64,000 nucleotides of DNA from positions 139,766 to 203,765 of the forward strand of contig JBFWMG010000005.1 in assembly GCA_050251715.1 (NCBI GenBank), given 5' to 3'. Positions 38,493 to 48,866 of this stretch are shown here, piece after piece. The notes under the pieces were generated by a model, which was not told where the DNA came from, did no database searches, and saw nothing but the letters and a program-made list of their open reading frames with translations. Made by a program: the position numbers and the translations under genes. The DNA is from Desulfovibrionaceae bacterium (lineage in GTDB: Bacteria > Desulfobacterota > Desulfovibrionia > Desulfovibrionales > Desulfovibrionaceae). Positions within the stretch are counted from its first letter, which is position 1, and each line of letters opens with the position of its first letter.

Positions 38493-39274
38493 TTCGACGC
38501 CTCCTTTGCCGCCACGTCCTTGAACGTGCCCAGCGGGAAGTAGGGAATCAGTTCATCCGCAATGCGCTGGTTGGCCTGCACCGGCGTCATGCGCCAGTTG
38601 GTGGGGCAGGTGGCCAGCACCTCCACGAAGCCAAACCCCCGGTCCTCGATCTGGCAGGCGAACGCCTTGGCAATGGCCTTTTCCGCCTGCTTGATGTTCT
38701 TGACCGAGTTGAGCGCCACGCGGGCGGAATAGGCCACGCCCGCCAGGTTACCGATGATCTCGGCCATCTTGAAGGGCTCTCCGTCGCGCTCGGCGCAGCG
38801 GCCGCCGGGACAGGTTGTGGTCTTCTGCCCCACCATGGTGGTGGGAGCCATCTGGCCGCCGGTCATGCCGTACACCGTGTTGTTCACGAACACCACGGCC
38901 AGCCGCTCGCCACGGTTGGCCGCGTGCATGATCTCGGCCATGCCGATGGAGGCCAGGTCGCCGTCGCCCTGGTAGGCGAACACGAACTTGTCGGGCCGGG
39001 CCCGCTTCACGCCCGTGGCCACGGCCGGGGCACGGCCATGCGGCGCTTCCACGGTATCGACCTTGAGGTAATTGTAGATGAACACCGAACAGCCGATGGC
39101 GCTGACGCAGATGGTCTTGTCCACCAGCCCCATCTTGTCCAGCGCGTCGGCCACCAGGCGGTGGGCCGTGCCGTGCTGGCAGCCGGGGCAGTAGTGGGTG
39201 GGCCGGTCGGCCAACACGTCGGGCAGGGTGAAGGCAACCTTTTCTTTCGGGGTTGCGGTTGCGGTTGCGCTCAT
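38489..39274 (-). CDS. korB: 2-oxoacid:ferredoxin oxidoreductase, beta (TPP-binding) subunit
   Basis: CPGCQHGT at the N-terminus and the TPP motif GDGDLASIG...NNTVYGMTGGQ. Confidence 0.9.
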   Translation of the reverse strand: MSATATATPKEKVAFTLPDVLADRPTHYCPGCQHGTAHRLVADALDKMGLVDKTICVSAIGCSVFIYNYLKVDTVEAPHGRAPAVATGVKRARPDKFVFAYQGDGDLASIGMAEIMHAANRGERLAVVFVNNTVYGMTGGQMAPTTMVGQKTTTCPGGRCAERDGEPFKMAEIIGNLAGVAYSARVALNSVKNIKQAEKAIAKAFACQIEDRGFGFVEVLATCPTNWRMTPVQANQRIADELIPYFPLGTFKDVAAKEASK

Positions 39275-39276
39275 GG

Positions 39277-40347
39277 CTACTTCCTCCCCAGGCTTTCGAG
39301 AATCGGGCCTTCAAAATCGTTGGGGCTCGGTATCTCGCCGGGCATGTGCCCGTGGAATTCGGAATCGGCCAGGCCGCGCACCGCAAGGCGCACGTCGTCC
39401 ACCATCTGGCCGAGGTTGTGTTCGATGGTCAAAAACCGCTTGCCCTTTTGGGCCAACGCGCGCAGCACGCCGTCCGGGAAGGGATACAGGGTGATGGGCC
39501 GCACCAGGCCGACCTTGTGGCCCGCCGCGCGCAGCGTGCGCACCGCGCTCTTGGTGATGCGGCCGATGGAGCCGTAGGCCACCACCACCAGTTCCGCGTC
39601 GTCCACCGCGAACTCCTCGGCCATGATCTCGGCCTTCATGGCTTCGTACTTGGCCTGGAGCATGCGGTTGTGCGCGGCCAGCGCCCCGTCTTCCAGGAAC
39701 AGCGACTTGAGCAGCCGCGAGGGGCGGCCCTTGGCTCCGGACAGGGACCAGTCCGACGCCTCGTTGGCGTCCAGGTGATCGGGCTGCCAGGGCACGATGG
39801 GTTCCTTCATCTGGCCCAGGATCGCGTCGCCCAGGATGAGCACCGGGTTGCGGTATTTGAAGGCCAGGTCAAAGGCCTTTATCATCAGGTCATAGGCTTC
39901 CTGCGCCGTGGCCGGAGCCAGCACCAGGGTGCGGTAGTCGCCATGGCCGCCGCCGCGCGTGGCCTGGTAATAGTCGCCCTGGGAGGGGTTGATGTCGCCC
40001 AGGCCCGGCCCGCCCCGGTTCATGTTCACGATGACGCCCGGCAGCTGGCTGCCCGCCATGTAGCTGATGGCCTCCTGCTTGAGGGACACGCCGGGGCTGG
40101 ACGAGGAGGTGCAGGCGCGGATGCCGCACGCCGCGGCGCCCAGCAGCATGTTGGCCGCCGCCACCTCGCTCTCCGCCTGCACGAACGCGCCGCCCGCGTC
40201 GGGCATGGCCTTGGACATGAACTCGGGGATGTCGTTCTGGGGCGTGATGGGGTAGCCGAAGTAGCAGGTGCACTTGGCCGCCAGCGCGCCGTAGGCGATG
40301 GCCTCGTTGCCCTTGATGAAAATCCGTTCAGGAGTGGTGTCGGGCAT
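39277..40347 (-). CDS. korA: 2-oxoacid:ferredoxin oxidoreductase, alpha subunit
   Basis: 356 aa from the ATG at 40347 (AAGGAGAAG RBS). GNEAIAYGALAAKCTCYFGYPITPQNDIPEFM is the typical alpha-subunit N-terminus. The upstream part of the track ORF is the delta gene read in another frame. Confidence 0.9.
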   Translation of the reverse strand: MPDTTPERIFIKGNEAIAYGALAAKCTCYFGYPITPQNDIPEFMSKAMPDAGGAFVQAESEVAAANMLLGAAACGIRACTSSSSPGVSLKQEAISYMAGSQLPGVIVNMNRGGPGLGDINPSQGDYYQATRGGGHGDYRTLVLAPATAQEAYDLMIKAFDLAFKYRNPVLILGDAILGQMKEPIVPWQPDHLDANEASDWSLSGAKGRPSRLLKSLFLEDGALAAHNRMLQAKYEAMKAEIMAEEFAVDDAELVVVAYGSIGRITKSAVRTLRAAGHKVGLVRPITLYPFPDGVLRALAQKGKRFLTIEHNLGQMVDDVRLAVRGLADSEFHGHMPGEIPSPNDFEGPILESLGRK

Positions 40348-40348
40348 C

Positions 40349-40636
40349 TTACTTCTCCTTGGACTTTTTGGAGGCCGCCGTGGACTTTTTGGCGACCGCC
40401 TTGGCCTTTGTGGCGTCCGTCTTGACCGTTTTGTAGACCCGGATGGCGAAATCCGGACACATGGTCGCGCACGAGGCGCAGCCCGTGCATTTTTCCATGT
40501 TGCCGTCCGCAACCTCCGCCACCTTGTATCCCTGCTGGTTGAACCGGCCGGACTGGACGATGATCTCCTTGGGGCAGACGATGGTGCACAAGAGGCATCC
40601 CTTGCACCGTTCGTCCACGAACTCCACATGCGACAT
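40349..40636 (-). CDS. korD: 2-oxoacid:ferredoxin oxidoreductase, delta (4Fe-4S ferredoxin) subunit with Lys-rich C-terminal tail
   Basis: 95 aa from the ATG at 40636. It has two Cys motifs, CKGCLLCTIVCP and CTGCASCATMCP. The C-terminus is KTVKTDATKAKAVAKKSTAASKKSKEK. Confidence 0.85.
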   Translation of the reverse strand: MSHVEFVDERCKGCLLCTIVCPKEIIVQSGRFNQQGYKVAEVADGNMEKCTGCASCATMCPDFAIRVYKTVKTDATKAKAVAKKSTAASKKSKEK

Positions 40637-40955
40637 GGCGCCATTCCTTGTTGGAGGTGTTGATGGAAAAGCCGCGTCCGCCTGGGGCGGCGCGGCGCAT
40701 GCCCCCTGCCGCGCCCGTGCGTCTTGCGGCGCAGCGGCGCGGACCGCAGGGAACAGTACGGCAAAAACGCCTCGATTTAAACCCCCCTTTCGCAAGGCGG
40801 CCTTCCCGGCTGGCGCAACCATTTTCGGGACAGGGACCGATGTGGCGGCGGCATGAGCCGCAACCTCACAATGGGGGGGGTATGGCTTACCGGGATAATT
40901 GAAAGAATATAATATGTTCCCTAAAAACACAGCCATGCCCACCAGGGACGCGGCA

Positions 40956-42143
40956 CTAGAGCAAGAGCATGGAATCGCCGTAGGAAAAGACGCGGAATCC
41001 GGCGCGTAGCGCCTCGGCATAGGCGGCCAGGATGCGCTCGCGCCCCGCGAACGCGCTGACCATGAGCAACAGCGACGACTCCGGGAGATGGAAATTGGTG
41101 ACCATGTGGTCCACCACCCGGAAGGTGAAGCCGGGATAGACGTACAGGTTGAGCCAGCCGGACCAGGAGCGTATTGCACCGAATGTGTTGTGGATGCCTT
41201 CCAGCGTGCGCACCGAGGTGGTGCCCACGGCCACCACGGGCCGTCCCGCCGCCTTGGCCTCGGTCACGGCGCGCGCCGTGGCCTCGCCCAGTTCCACGTA
41301 TTCCGGGTGCATGGCGTGCTCGCGCACGTCCAGGCAGCGCACCGGGCTGAACGTGCCATAGCCCACGTACAGCGTGGCCTCGGCCCAGGCCATGCCCCGC
41401 GCGGCCATGCGGGCGCGCACCTCGGGGGTGAAATGCAGGCCCGCCGTGGGCGCGGCCACCGAGCCGAGCTTGTCCCGCGCCGCGTACACGGTCTGGTAGC
41501 GCTCGGCATCGGCCCTGGCCTGGGCCGCGCACGCCGCGTCCCCATCGCCTTGTCCCGGCCCGGTGTCGCACGCCTCGCGCTTGATGTACGGCGGCAGCGG
41601 CATGGATCCTATGCGGCAGAATATCCCCGCCAGATCGCCCTGCCACGCCAGCGCCACCCGGCAGCGGCCAAAGTCGCCCACCTCGGCCACGGTGAGCCGG
41701 CAATCCGGGGCAAAGGCCACCGTGTCGCCGGGCTTGAACCCCTTGGACGCCTTGAGCAGGCCTTCCACCGTGGCCTCGCGCCACGCGCCCTGCCCGTCCT
41801 GTCGGCCCGTTCCTTCCGGCCCCGCCGCCCCTTCCGCTACCGGCTGGCCCGCGCCGATGAGCGGCAGGGGCGTGAGCAGCAGAAATTCCACCCGCCCCCC
41901 GGTGGGCTTGCGGCCATGGATGCGGGCGGGCAGCACCCGCGCATTGTTGGCCACCACCAGCGCGCCCTCGGGCAGCAGATCCGGCAGATCGGCAAAGGAA
42001 ACCATGCGCGTGCCGCCCGTGGCACGGTCGAGCACGCACAGGCGCGACGCGTCCCGCCTGTCGGCGGGAACCTGGGCGATGCGATCCTGTTCCAGATGAT
42101 ACCGGTAGCTGTGCAGATGAAAATCCGGCGGAATGTCGCTCAT
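40956..42143 (-). CDS. queA: tRNA preQ1(34) S-adenosylmethionine ribosyltransferase-isomerase
   Basis: ATG at 42143. The QueA hallmarks YHLEQDRIAQVPADRRDASRL, VGYGTFSPV, VAVGTTSVRTLE and SYGDSMLL are present. The product is longer than I expect for QueA because of Gly/Ala-rich insertions. Confidence 0.9.
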   Translation of the reverse strand: MSDIPPDFHLHSYRYHLEQDRIAQVPADRRDASRLCVLDRATGGTRMVSFADLPDLLPEGALVVANNARVLPARIHGRKPTGGRVEFLLLTPLPLIGAGQPVAEGAAGPEGTGRQDGQGAWREATVEGLLKASKGFKPGDTVAFAPDCRLTVAEVGDFGRCRVALAWQGDLAGIFCRIGSMPLPPYIKREACDTGPGQGDGDAACAAQARADAERYQTVYAARDKLGSVAAPTAGLHFTPEVRARMAARGMAWAEATLYVGYGTFSPVRCLDVREHAMHPEYVELGEATARAVTEAKAAGRPVVAVGTTSVRTLEGIHNTFGAIRSWSGWLNLYVYPGFTFRVVDHMVTNFHLPESSLLLMVSAFAGRERILAAYAEALRAGFRVFSYGDSMLLL

Positions 42144-42434
42144 GCGTCCTCGTTGTGGCCACGCGGGCCAAAATGTCCGATCCATGCGGCCCGGCAAATT
42201 GCAGTTTTGCCCAACCTGGGCTAATGGTCAAGCAGGCGTGGCCGCGCATGGCCTCTTTGGTCCGACACACATCGCGGCACAAGCTCCACAGCCTTGTGCG
42301 CCGGTCCAAACCGCAGCCATGCCGTAAGGACGTTCTTGTTGCCGCGTCCTTATCACGTGACGGAGCCGACGCACCCCGGTGGTTGCCCGCCAGGCCGCCA
42401 CCGCACACAACCGCTCAACAGCAAGGAGACCGCA

Positions 42435-42998
42435 ATGCGCTCGATACATCTGGCTTGTTCCATCCTCATCCTCCTCGCGCTCGTTGGTTGCACAACCCTC
42501 ACAGGATCGTCCTCCACGACCAAAAAAACCACGCCGCCGCCGGTGGGCGCCACCACGAGCAGCCAATCCGGCAATTACTATTATGACTTCGACGACGTGC
42601 TCATTCCCAAGGAAATGTCGCTCGACGCCGACGAAACCTTCATCATGGAAACCACTTCGGAAAAGGTGGGGGTCATGGTCTTTGACGGCCGCGTGGAACG
42701 CCTGTCCCTGACCAAGCGGATCATCGACAACATGACCACCAACGGCTGGACCATGCGCAGCGCCTTCAAGTCGCCGCGCTCCATCCTCATTTTCGAAAAG
42801 CCGGGCCGGTTCTGCATCGTGAGCATCACGGACGGCCACTACACCACGCACATGGAAATCTGGGTCGCGCCCTCCACGGGCGTCGCCCCCGCGCCGCCCG
42901 CGACCACGTTCGCCCCCGGCCAGCCAGGCGCAGCCCTTGAACCGCCTGTCCAAATACAACCTCTCGAGTCCTTGCCCGAACAGGGATTGACCCAATAG
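42435..42998 (+). CDS. lipoprotein of unknown function
   Basis: ATG at 42435 follows AAGGAG. It has a lipobox (LALVGC), a Ser/Thr/Pro linker, a ~110-aa globular region and a Pro/Ala-rich tail. Confidence 0.7.
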   Translation: MRSIHLACSILILLALVGCTTLTGSSSTTKKTTPPPVGATTSSQSGNYYYDFDDVLIPKEMSLDADETFIMETTSEKVGVMVFDGRVERLSLTKRIIDNMTTNGWTMRSAFKSPRSILIFEKPGRFCIVSITDGHYTTHMEIWVAPSTGVAPAPPATTFAPGQPGAALEPPVQIQPLESLPEQGLTQ

Positions 42999-44212
42999 TG
43001 CTGCCGCATCTCGCCTTTACCGGCTTTCTGGGCCGCCGCATCCACCTGGGCGTGACCGGCAGCGTCGCGGCCTACAAGATGCCCGACTGCATGCGCCACT
43101 GGCAGGCATGCGGCGCACCCATTGGCGCAACCCTCACGGCGGCGGCGCAGCGGTTCATCACCCCGCTCACCTTCAAGGCGCTGGGTGCCGACCCCGTCTA
43201 TACCGGCCTGTTTGCGGCGGATGACGCCGTGTTCGGCCATCTCGACCCCGGCCAGACCGCCAAGGCCTTTGTCATCGCGCCCGCAACGGCCAACACCCTG
43301 GCCAAACTGGCCCATGGCCTGGCCGACGACATGCTGTCCACCCAGGCGCTGTCGTTTCCCGGACCGCTGGTCATTGCCCCGGCCATGAACCCCCGGTTGT
43401 GGCAGGCCGCCGCCACGCGCGCCAACTGGTCCCTGCTCAAGGACCGTGGCCACGTCTGCCTGGAACCGGATTGCGGTTCCATGGCCTGCGGCGAGGAAGG
43501 CAAGGGCCGTTTGCCACGCCTGGAAGCCATCTTCCTGCACGCACTCAAGCAACTGTGCCCGCAGGATATGGCGGCCCGCGCCGTCATGGTGACCCTTGGC
43601 CCCACCCGCGAGGCCTTTGATCCGGTCCGCTTCTGGTCCAACCCGTCCAGCGGCGTCATGGGCGCCTCCATCGCGGTTGCGGCCTGGTTGCGGGGCGCTA
43701 CCGTGCATGCCGTGTGCGGGCCCGTGAACCTCTATCTTCCCGACGGCGTGGCGCGGCACGATGTCACCACCGCGCAGCAGATGTACGACGCCTGCATGGA
43801 CCTATGGCCAAACATGGATATGGGGTGCTGCACCGCCGCGGTGGCGGATTTCAGGCCGCAACCGCACGGCGACAGCAAATTCAAGAAGGAAGGCGCGGCA
43901 GCGGGCATGACCGTACCTTTCCTGCCCAATCCCGACATTCTGGCCGCCCTGGGCGCCGCCAAGTCGCCACGGCAGCGCCTCATCGGCTTTGCCGCCGAAA
44001 CCGACGCCGTAGCCCAACGCACCCGCGACAAATTGCAGCGCAAAAACGGCGACCTCTTTGTGGGCAACAAGGTGGGCGTGCCTGGCTCCGGCTTCCAGTC
44101 GCCCACCAATACGGTGTGCATCGTGGACCGCACAGGCCGCGAGGAACAGTGGTCCGACATGCCCAAGCCGGAAATCGCCATGAGGATCTGGGATTGGCTG
44201 CTTCAACTGTAG
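42998..44212 (+). CDS. coaBC: bifunctional phosphopantothenoylcysteine decarboxylase / phosphopantothenate-cysteine ligase
   Basis: 404 aa with the flavoprotein N-domain (HLGVTGSVAAYK, APATANTLAKLAHGLADD) and the CoaB C-domain (FDPVRFWSNPSSG, AAVADF, FAAET). The GTG start overlaps the upstream stop by 1 nt. Confidence 0.9.
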   Translation: MLPHLAFTGFLGRRIHLGVTGSVAAYKMPDCMRHWQACGAPIGATLTAAAQRFITPLTFKALGADPVYTGLFAADDAVFGHLDPGQTAKAFVIAPATANTLAKLAHGLADDMLSTQALSFPGPLVIAPAMNPRLWQAAATRANWSLLKDRGHVCLEPDCGSMACGEEGKGRLPRLEAIFLHALKQLCPQDMAARAVMVTLGPTREAFDPVRFWSNPSSGVMGASIAVAAWLRGATVHAVCGPVNLYLPDGVARHDVTTAQQMYDACMDLWPNMDMGCCTAAVADFRPQPHGDSKFKKEGAAAGMTVPFLPNPDILAALGAAKSPRQRLIGFAAETDAVAQRTRDKLQRKNGDLFVGNKVGVPGSGFQSPTNTVCIVDRTGREEQWSDMPKPEIAMRIWDWLLQL

Positions 44213-44214
44213 GC

Positions 44215-44991
44215 ATGCACCAGACCCTGCGCCCATGGTTCGCCTCGGGCTTGCTGTTTCTCTTTGCGGATGATTTCCTGCCGCAAGATGCGGCATCCAT
44301 CCATCCGGCTTCACAGGATATCCAACCGCAGCAACCGCAATACGTTCCTGATGCGCCTCCTGCGCACGGGGTATCTATCGCCCCGTCCGGCGCATCCCGC
44401 GCGCAGGGGCGAGGGGGCGGCGCCCCGCAGCCGTCTGGCAACGCAACGCCGCCCCCTGCCAACGCCGCGGCGTCCACAGTACCCCAAGCCGTCCCCTCCG
44501 AGGCCCAAGACCCCTCTGCCGCAACCACGTGGCCTACGCCCTGGGATGCTTACTGGGTCAAGGCCGGGCGGTTTGGCGCGCGCGGCTTCTGCATCACCTA
44601 CATGGAGCTTGGCAAAAACCTGGGCGGCCACGCCAGCCCCGAGCGCAGCCATTTCTTCAACCAGCTCATCGCGCGCCTTGCCCCGCTGACCGGCCAGACC
44701 GCGTTCTGGCCCGTAGCCGCGTTCCGCACCGGCTCCCTGCATCCTGACGCGGACCAGTTCATGGCCGGCGTGCGCCGCTTGAGCGCCCATTCCGTTCTCT
44801 GCTTCGGGCTGGACGCCTATCGCGTGCTCGTACCCAACGCCCCCGCCCCACGCCAGCCCGTCACAGCGCACATGGTCGATGGACTCACGGTCTATCTTCT
44901 TCCTCAAGTTGATGCTATTCTGCAAAAGGGTGCCGAGGGACTGGACATCATTGCCAACGCCCTTGGGCAATTGATCCTTACGCATCCGTAA
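44215..44991 (+). CDS. hypothetical protein (hydrophobic N-terminus, Pro/Gln/Ala-rich linker, ~150-aa C-terminal domain)
   Basis: ATG lies 3 nt after the coaBC stop. The product is 258 aa. I recognise no family with confidence. Confidence 0.55.
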   Translation: MHQTLRPWFASGLLFLFADDFLPQDAASIHPASQDIQPQQPQYVPDAPPAHGVSIAPSGASRAQGRGGGAPQPSGNATPPPANAAASTVPQAVPSEAQDPSAATTWPTPWDAYWVKAGRFGARGFCITYMELGKNLGGHASPERSHFFNQLIARLAPLTGQTAFWPVAAFRTGSLHPDADQFMAGVRRLSAHSVLCFGLDAYRVLVPNAPAPRQPVTAHMVDGLTVYLLPQVDAILQKGAEGLDIIANALGQLILTHP

Positions 44992-45155
44992 CCCTGGCGC
45001 GCGCTGGGACTGCCCAGGCCCACGGCCTTTTCCGTGGGCGGACGACAGCGCCCCCGCCTTGTGGACCATGACCACGCGTCGGCACCGCAATCAGCGTTGT
45101 GGTCCTAAAGGCATGGGGGGTGCCGCTCCCTGGGACGCGTTATCCATAACCGCCG

Positions 45156-46514
45156 ATGCGGACACATGCCATGAATCACGGGGCACCATACATACGCTAC
45201 GCCGCCATTTGCCTGCTTTGCCTGCTGGCCGTGGCCCTGCTCGCGCATTCGCATCGCGTGGAAGCGGGCGCACCGCAGCCTGTGCGCATCCTGACCGTGT
45301 CTTTGCACGGCGCCGTGTCCCCGGCCATGGAAGAGCTGCTTGCCGCCGCACTGTCACAAGCCGTGGAATCCTCGGCCGAGGCCTTGCTCATCGAACTCGA
45401 CACTCCAGGCGGGCTCATGGAATCCATGCGCACCATGGTCCGGCACATCCGCAATGCGGCAATACCCGTCCTCATCTGGGTTGGCCCCTCGGGCGCGCAC
45501 GCGGCCAGTGCGGGCGTGTTTCTCGTCGCCGCGTCCACCATGGCGGGCATGGCCCCGGAATCCACCATTGGCGCGGCTTCTCCCGTGACCATGGGCGGCA
45601 AGGACATGGACGAAACCATGGCCCGCAAGGTCATGAACGACACGCTCAGCCTTGTGCGCGGCATGGCGGTTGCCCGCAACCGCAATGTGGCCTGGTATGA
45701 GGACGCCGTGCGCAACGCCGTGAGCATCACCGGCCCCGAGGCCGTGCTCGCCCGTGTCGTCGAGTTTCTCGCCACATCCCCCGAGGATTTTTTGACCCAA
45801 TGCGGCGCGCGCGGCATACCCATGGCGGACGGCTCATTGCGCCGTTTCGCCGCCGACGGCTTTGTCCTGGAACGGCACAGCCCTGGCCTGCGCCACGCCT
45901 TCCTTTCCTGGCTGCTGCATCCGCAGGTGGCCTATCTGCTGTTTCTGGGCGGCCTTGCCGGGCTGTTCTTCGAGCTTGCCACGCCGGGCGTCGTGCTGCC
46001 GGGCGTGATCGGGGGGTTGAGCCTGCTGCTCGGCCTGTACGCCATGAGCGTGCTGCCCACCAATGTGGCGGGCGTCCTGCTCATCATCTTCTCGGTCGTC
46101 CTGTTCCTGCTGGAGATCAAGATAACCAGCTATGGCATGCTTTCCGTGGCCGCCATCATCTCCCTTTTCTCCGGCTCCATGATTCTCTTCAACGACGCCA
46201 CCGGCATGCATCTGCCCCTGGCCACCATCATCGTCACGGTTCTGGGATTATCGCTTTTGCTGGGCGCCGCGGTTCTTGTCGTGGGCAAGGCCCAGGCGCA
46301 GCGGCCTGTTTCCGGCATAGACGCCATGGTCGGCCAGACGGCGGTGGTGCGCGCCTGGCGCGACGGTATCGGGGAAGTCCTGGCCCATGGCGAGATATGG
46401 TCCGCCAGCGGCCCTGAAACACTTGCGGTTGGCGACGTGGTCACCATTGCCGCCGTGCACGGCCTCGTGCTGCATGTCATGCCCGCCCCACCCGCGCCCG
46501 ACATGCATTCCTGA
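45156..46514 (+). CDS. NfeD family membrane-bound ClpP-class serine protease
   Basis: It has a signal/TM segment, a ClpP-like domain ([24 protein letters not shown]), a multi-TM region and a C-terminal OB-fold NfeD domain. An alternative start at ATG 45171 is possible. It is paired with the downstream SPFH gene. Confidence 0.85.
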   Translation: MRTHAMNHGAPYIRYAAICLLCLLAVALLAHSHRVEAGAPQPVRILTVSLHGAVSPAMEELLAAALSQAVESSAEALLIELDTPGGLMESMRTMVRHIRNAAIPVLIWVGPSGAHAASAGVFLVAASTMAGMAPESTIGAASPVTMGGKDMDETMARKVMNDTLSLVRGMAVARNRNVAWYEDAVRNAVSITGPEAVLARVVEFLATSPEDFLTQCGARGIPMADGSLRRFAADGFVLERHSPGLRHAFLSWLLHPQVAYLLFLGGLAGLFFELATPGVVLPGVIGGLSLLLGLYAMSVLPTNVAGVLLIIFSVVLFLLEIKITSYGMLSVAAIISLFSGSMILFNDATGMHLPLATIIVTVLGLSLLLGAAVLVVGKAQAQRPVSGIDAMVGQTAVVRAWRDGIGEVLAHGEIWSASGPETLAVGDVVTIAAVHGLVLHVMPAPPAPDMHS

Positions 46515-46575
46515 CACGTTTAACAGGTTGCGGTCTTTCGATATTCCGCACCCTTGGCAAGCCCTGGGAGACGCC

Positions 46576-47322
46576 ATGTACACCATCCTTCCGATCCTTT
46601 TTGTCGGCGCATTGCTCCTGTTTTCCACCCTCAAGGTGCTCAACGAGTACGAACGCGGCGTCATTTTCCGGCTGGGCCGCATCATCAAGGCCAAGGGACC
46701 GGGACTCATCATCCTCATTCCCATTGTGGACCGCATGGTCAAGGTGAGCCTGCGCGTGCTTACCCTGGACATCCCCAACCAGGACGTCATCACCAAGGAC
46801 AACGTCACCATCAAGGTCAACGCGGTGGTCTACTTCCGCGTCATCGACCCCATCAAGGCCATAGTCGAGGTCGAAGACTTCCTGTTCGCCACCTCGCAGC
46901 TGGCCCAGACCACCCTGCGCAGCGTGTGCGGCGGCGTGGAGCTCGATGAGATCCTGTCGCACCGGGACAAGGTCAACAGCCAGATCCGCAGCATCCTGGA
47001 CCAGTCCACCGACCCCTGGGGCATCAAGGTGAGCACGGTGGAACTCAAGCACATCGACCTGCCCCAGGAAATGCAGCGCGCCATGGCCAAGCAGGCCGAG
47101 GCGGAACGCGAACGGCGCGCCAAGATCATCAATGCCGAGGGCGAATTCCAGGCCGCGGCCCAGCTTTCCGAGGCCGCCGCCATCATTGCGGCCCACCCCG
47201 AAGCCCTCCAGCTGCGCTATTTGCAAACCATGCGCGAGATGGCCTCCGAGAGCAAATCAACCATCATCCCCATCCCCCTCGATTTTCTTAAGGGGTTGAC
47301 GGGGGGAAGCAAGGACTCGTAA
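46576..47322 (+). CDS. SPFH/Band 7 (stomatin-like, slipin) family protein
   Basis: ATG at 46576 follows [23 protein letters not shown]...[14 protein letters not shown]...[17 protein letters not shown] is the canonical stomatin-type sequence. Confidence 0.9.
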   Translation: MYTILPILFVGALLLFSTLKVLNEYERGVIFRLGRIIKAKGPGLIILIPIVDRMVKVSLRVLTLDIPNQDVITKDNVTIKVNAVVYFRVIDPIKAIVEVEDFLFATSQLAQTTLRSVCGGVELDEILSHRDKVNSQIRSILDQSTDPWGIKVSTVELKHIDLPQEMQRAMAKQAEAERERRAKIINAEGEFQAAAQLSEAAAIIAAHPEALQLRYLQTMREMASESKSTIIPIPLDFLKGLTGGSKDS

Positions 47323-47394
47323 GAACAGGCCACATGCCGCCCCTGGGCGGCTCTTCTGTGACCTTAACCTGCTACCTTCAGAAGGATACCCACG

Positions 47395-48402
47395 ATGCAC
47401 GTATTGGTTACCGGCGCGGCCGGTTTCATCGGCTTCCACCTGTCCAAGCGGTTGCTTGCAGAGGGGCACACGGTCGTCGGCCTCGATATTCTCAATGATT
47501 ACTATGACGTACGCATAAAGATGGCCCGTTTGGCCCAGTTGCGGGACCAGGCTGGGTTCACCTTCGCCAAAATTGACCTTGCCGATGGACCGGCCATGGC
47601 CGACCTGTTCAAGAACAACCGCTTTACGCACGTCGTCAATCTGGCGGCGCAGGCAGGCGTTCGGTACAGCCTCATCAACCCCATGTCCTACGTCAACGCC
47701 AACATCGTCGGTTTCACGCATATTCTGGAAGGCTGCCGCCACAACGGCGTGGAGCATCTGGTCTTCGCGTCTTCCAGCTCCGTGTACGGCCTGAACACGA
47801 ACATGCCGTTTTCCGTGCACAACAACGTGGACCATCCCGTGAGCCTGTACGCGGCGTCCAAGAAATCCAACGAGCTTATGGCGCATTCCTACAGCCATCT
47901 GTTCGGCCTGCCCGCCACGGGCCTGCGGTTCTTCACCGTATACGGTCCCTGGGGCCGTCCGGACATGGCGCTCTTCCTGTTCACCAAGGCCATTTTGGAA
48001 GGCCGCCCCATCGACGTGTTCAACTACGGCAAGATGCGCCGCGACTTCACGTACATCGACGACATCGTGGAAGGTGTTTTCCGCGTCATGCGGCACGTGC
48101 CCACCGGCAACCCCTCATGGTCCAGCGACGCGCCCGATCCGGCCACCAGTCCCGCGCCGTACAAGCTGTACAACATCGGCAACAACAACTGGGTGGAACT
48201 GGGCCGGTTCATCGAGGTCATTGAAGAGCATTTGGGCATGAAGGCGGAAAAGAACCTGCTGCCCATGCAGCCAGGCGACGTGCCCGCCACCTATGCGGAC
48301 ATCGACGACCTCATCAACGACGTGGGGTTCAAGCCCGCCACCACCATTGAGCAGGGTATCGGGGAATTTATCGCCTGGTACCGGTCGTATTTCGGCCTGT
48401 AG
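47395..48402 (+). CDS. NAD-dependent epimerase/dehydratase (UDP-glucuronate 4-epimerase-like)
   Basis: Rossmann motif [14 protein letters not shown], the catalytic YAASK and an SDR extended-family layout. Confidence 0.85.
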   Translation: MHVLVTGAAGFIGFHLSKRLLAEGHTVVGLDILNDYYDVRIKMARLAQLRDQAGFTFAKIDLADGPAMADLFKNNRFTHVVNLAAQAGVRYSLINPMSYVNANIVGFTHILEGCRHNGVEHLVFASSSSVYGLNTNMPFSVHNNVDHPVSLYAASKKSNELMAHSYSHLFGLPATGLRFFTVYGPWGRPDMALFLFTKAILEGRPIDVFNYGKMRRDFTYIDDIVEGVFRVMRHVPTGNPSWSSDAPDPATSPAPYKLYNIGNNNWVELGRFIEVIEEHLGMKAEKNLLPMQPGDVPATYADIDDLINDVGFKPATTIEQGIGEFIAWYRSYFGL

Positions 48403-48499
48403 GCTGAAAACGGTTGACACACAGTTTCCACATCATCTAGCTGTACTTGCAATACGGATTGCATAAAGATCATATCTGAACTGACGCAAGGGCTCTTTC

Positions 48500-48790
48500 A
48501 TGAATTTCACGAAACTCAAGCAAGACCTTCAGACGTTGTTCAACACATTGCGCGAAAAGGCGCTGCTCGGCGAAGCCCCGACTGAGGAAGAATGCACGCA
48601 GTTTGTGCGCCTTTTGAAGCTCATGCAGCGCGATGCCGCCACCGAATGGGCCGATGAATGCGACGATTTCGTGCACATGGCCGGCGAGCTGCACGTGTCC
48701 GTGCGCAAGGGAAACATTCCCGAATCGGTCCGTTTGATCGAAGCCTTGTCCGAAGCCAAGGCGTATTGCCATCGGACCTTCAAGGATTGA
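48500..48790 (+). CDS. small hypothetical protein (96 aa) ending ...AKAYCHRTFKD
   Basis: Helical, acidic product in a lower-GC stretch. It carries a C-terminal CH dipeptide motif. It may belong to the XXXCH-domain small proteins, but I cannot verify this. Confidence 0.5.
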   Translation: MNFTKLKQDLQTLFNTLREKALLGEAPTEEECTQFVRLLKLMQRDAATEWADECDDFVHMAGELHVSVRKGNIPESVRLIEALSEAKAYCHRTFKD

Positions 48791-48799
48791 TGCAGCTTT

Positions 48800-48815
48800 T
48801 GTTTCCCGTGAAACA
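48800..48815. promoter_or_regulatory. parS: parS-like centromere site
   Basis: TGTTTCCCGTGAAACA matches the TGTTNCACGTGAAACA consensus at 15 of 16 positions. It lies 51 nt upstream of the parA start. Confidence 0.7.
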
Positions 48816-48866
48816 TCCTGTCAACGAATCCTTGAACTGTTCCGTGGTGACTGCAACCCAACCGAG

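Noticed and set aside
45156-47322. NfeD-SPFH gene pair considered as a candidate novel system
   Set aside because: This is a widespread, well-described operon pairing of a stomatin-like protein with its NfeD partner. Nothing about it here looks atypical.
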